A stretch of DNA of 64,000 bases. Source: Camelus dromedarius (lineage: Eukaryota). Under the pieces are notes generated by a model that was not told where the DNA came from, searched no databases, and saw only the letters and a list, made by a program, of their open reading frames with translations. Made by a program: the position numbers and the translations under genes. Numbering within the stretch: position 1 is the first letter of the stretch; each line of letters begins with the position of its first letter. Location: the NCBI RefSeq assembly GCF_036321535.1, contig NC_087436.1, positions 18,788,001 to 18,852,000 of the forward strand, read 5' to 3'. This document shows, piece by piece, positions 63,862 to 64,000 of this stretch.

Positions 63862-64000
63862 CAGACATACCCCAGAGATAGTGCAGGTTTTGTTTCAGAC
63901 CACTGCAGTAAAACAAATAGCACAATAAAGCAAGTCATATGAATTTTTTGTTTCACAGTGCATATGAAATTATATTTATACTATACTGTAGTCTATTAAG
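63862..64000 (-). mobile_element. Tigger1 (Tc1/mariner) end, inserted in the L1 and running off the window
   Basis: 'cagacataccccagagatagtgcaggttttgtttcagaccactgcagtaaa...tatactgtagtctattaag' resembles the Tigger1 TIR end. Confidence 0.88.

Overview
AT-rich, repeat-dense mammalian non-coding DNA, probably from a camelid, inferred from five copies of a tRNA-derived SINE resembling Vic-1. I recognise no host protein-coding exon, RNA gene or CpG island. The only ORF-track entries with recognisable protein similarity come from LINE-1. The window holds L1 fragments of several ages, L2, MIR, MaLR/ERVL/ERV1 solo LTRs, hAT (MER5-type) elements, a Tigger1 end and microsatellites. Repeat family names are from memory of consensus sequences, not a database search, and boundaries of old repeats are approximate. 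Main leads: (1) a relatively young L1 derivative at ~4767-6506 with a full-length ORF1 joined to only the last ~122 codons of ORF2 and the 3'UTR/polyA (half-L1/HAL1-like); (2) a 469-bp polyA-tailed insertion of MIR plus unique DNA that splits a MaLR LTR (53990-54458); (3) motif-dense, repeat-free candidate enhancers near 38.0-38.2 kb and 43.7-44.2 kb.
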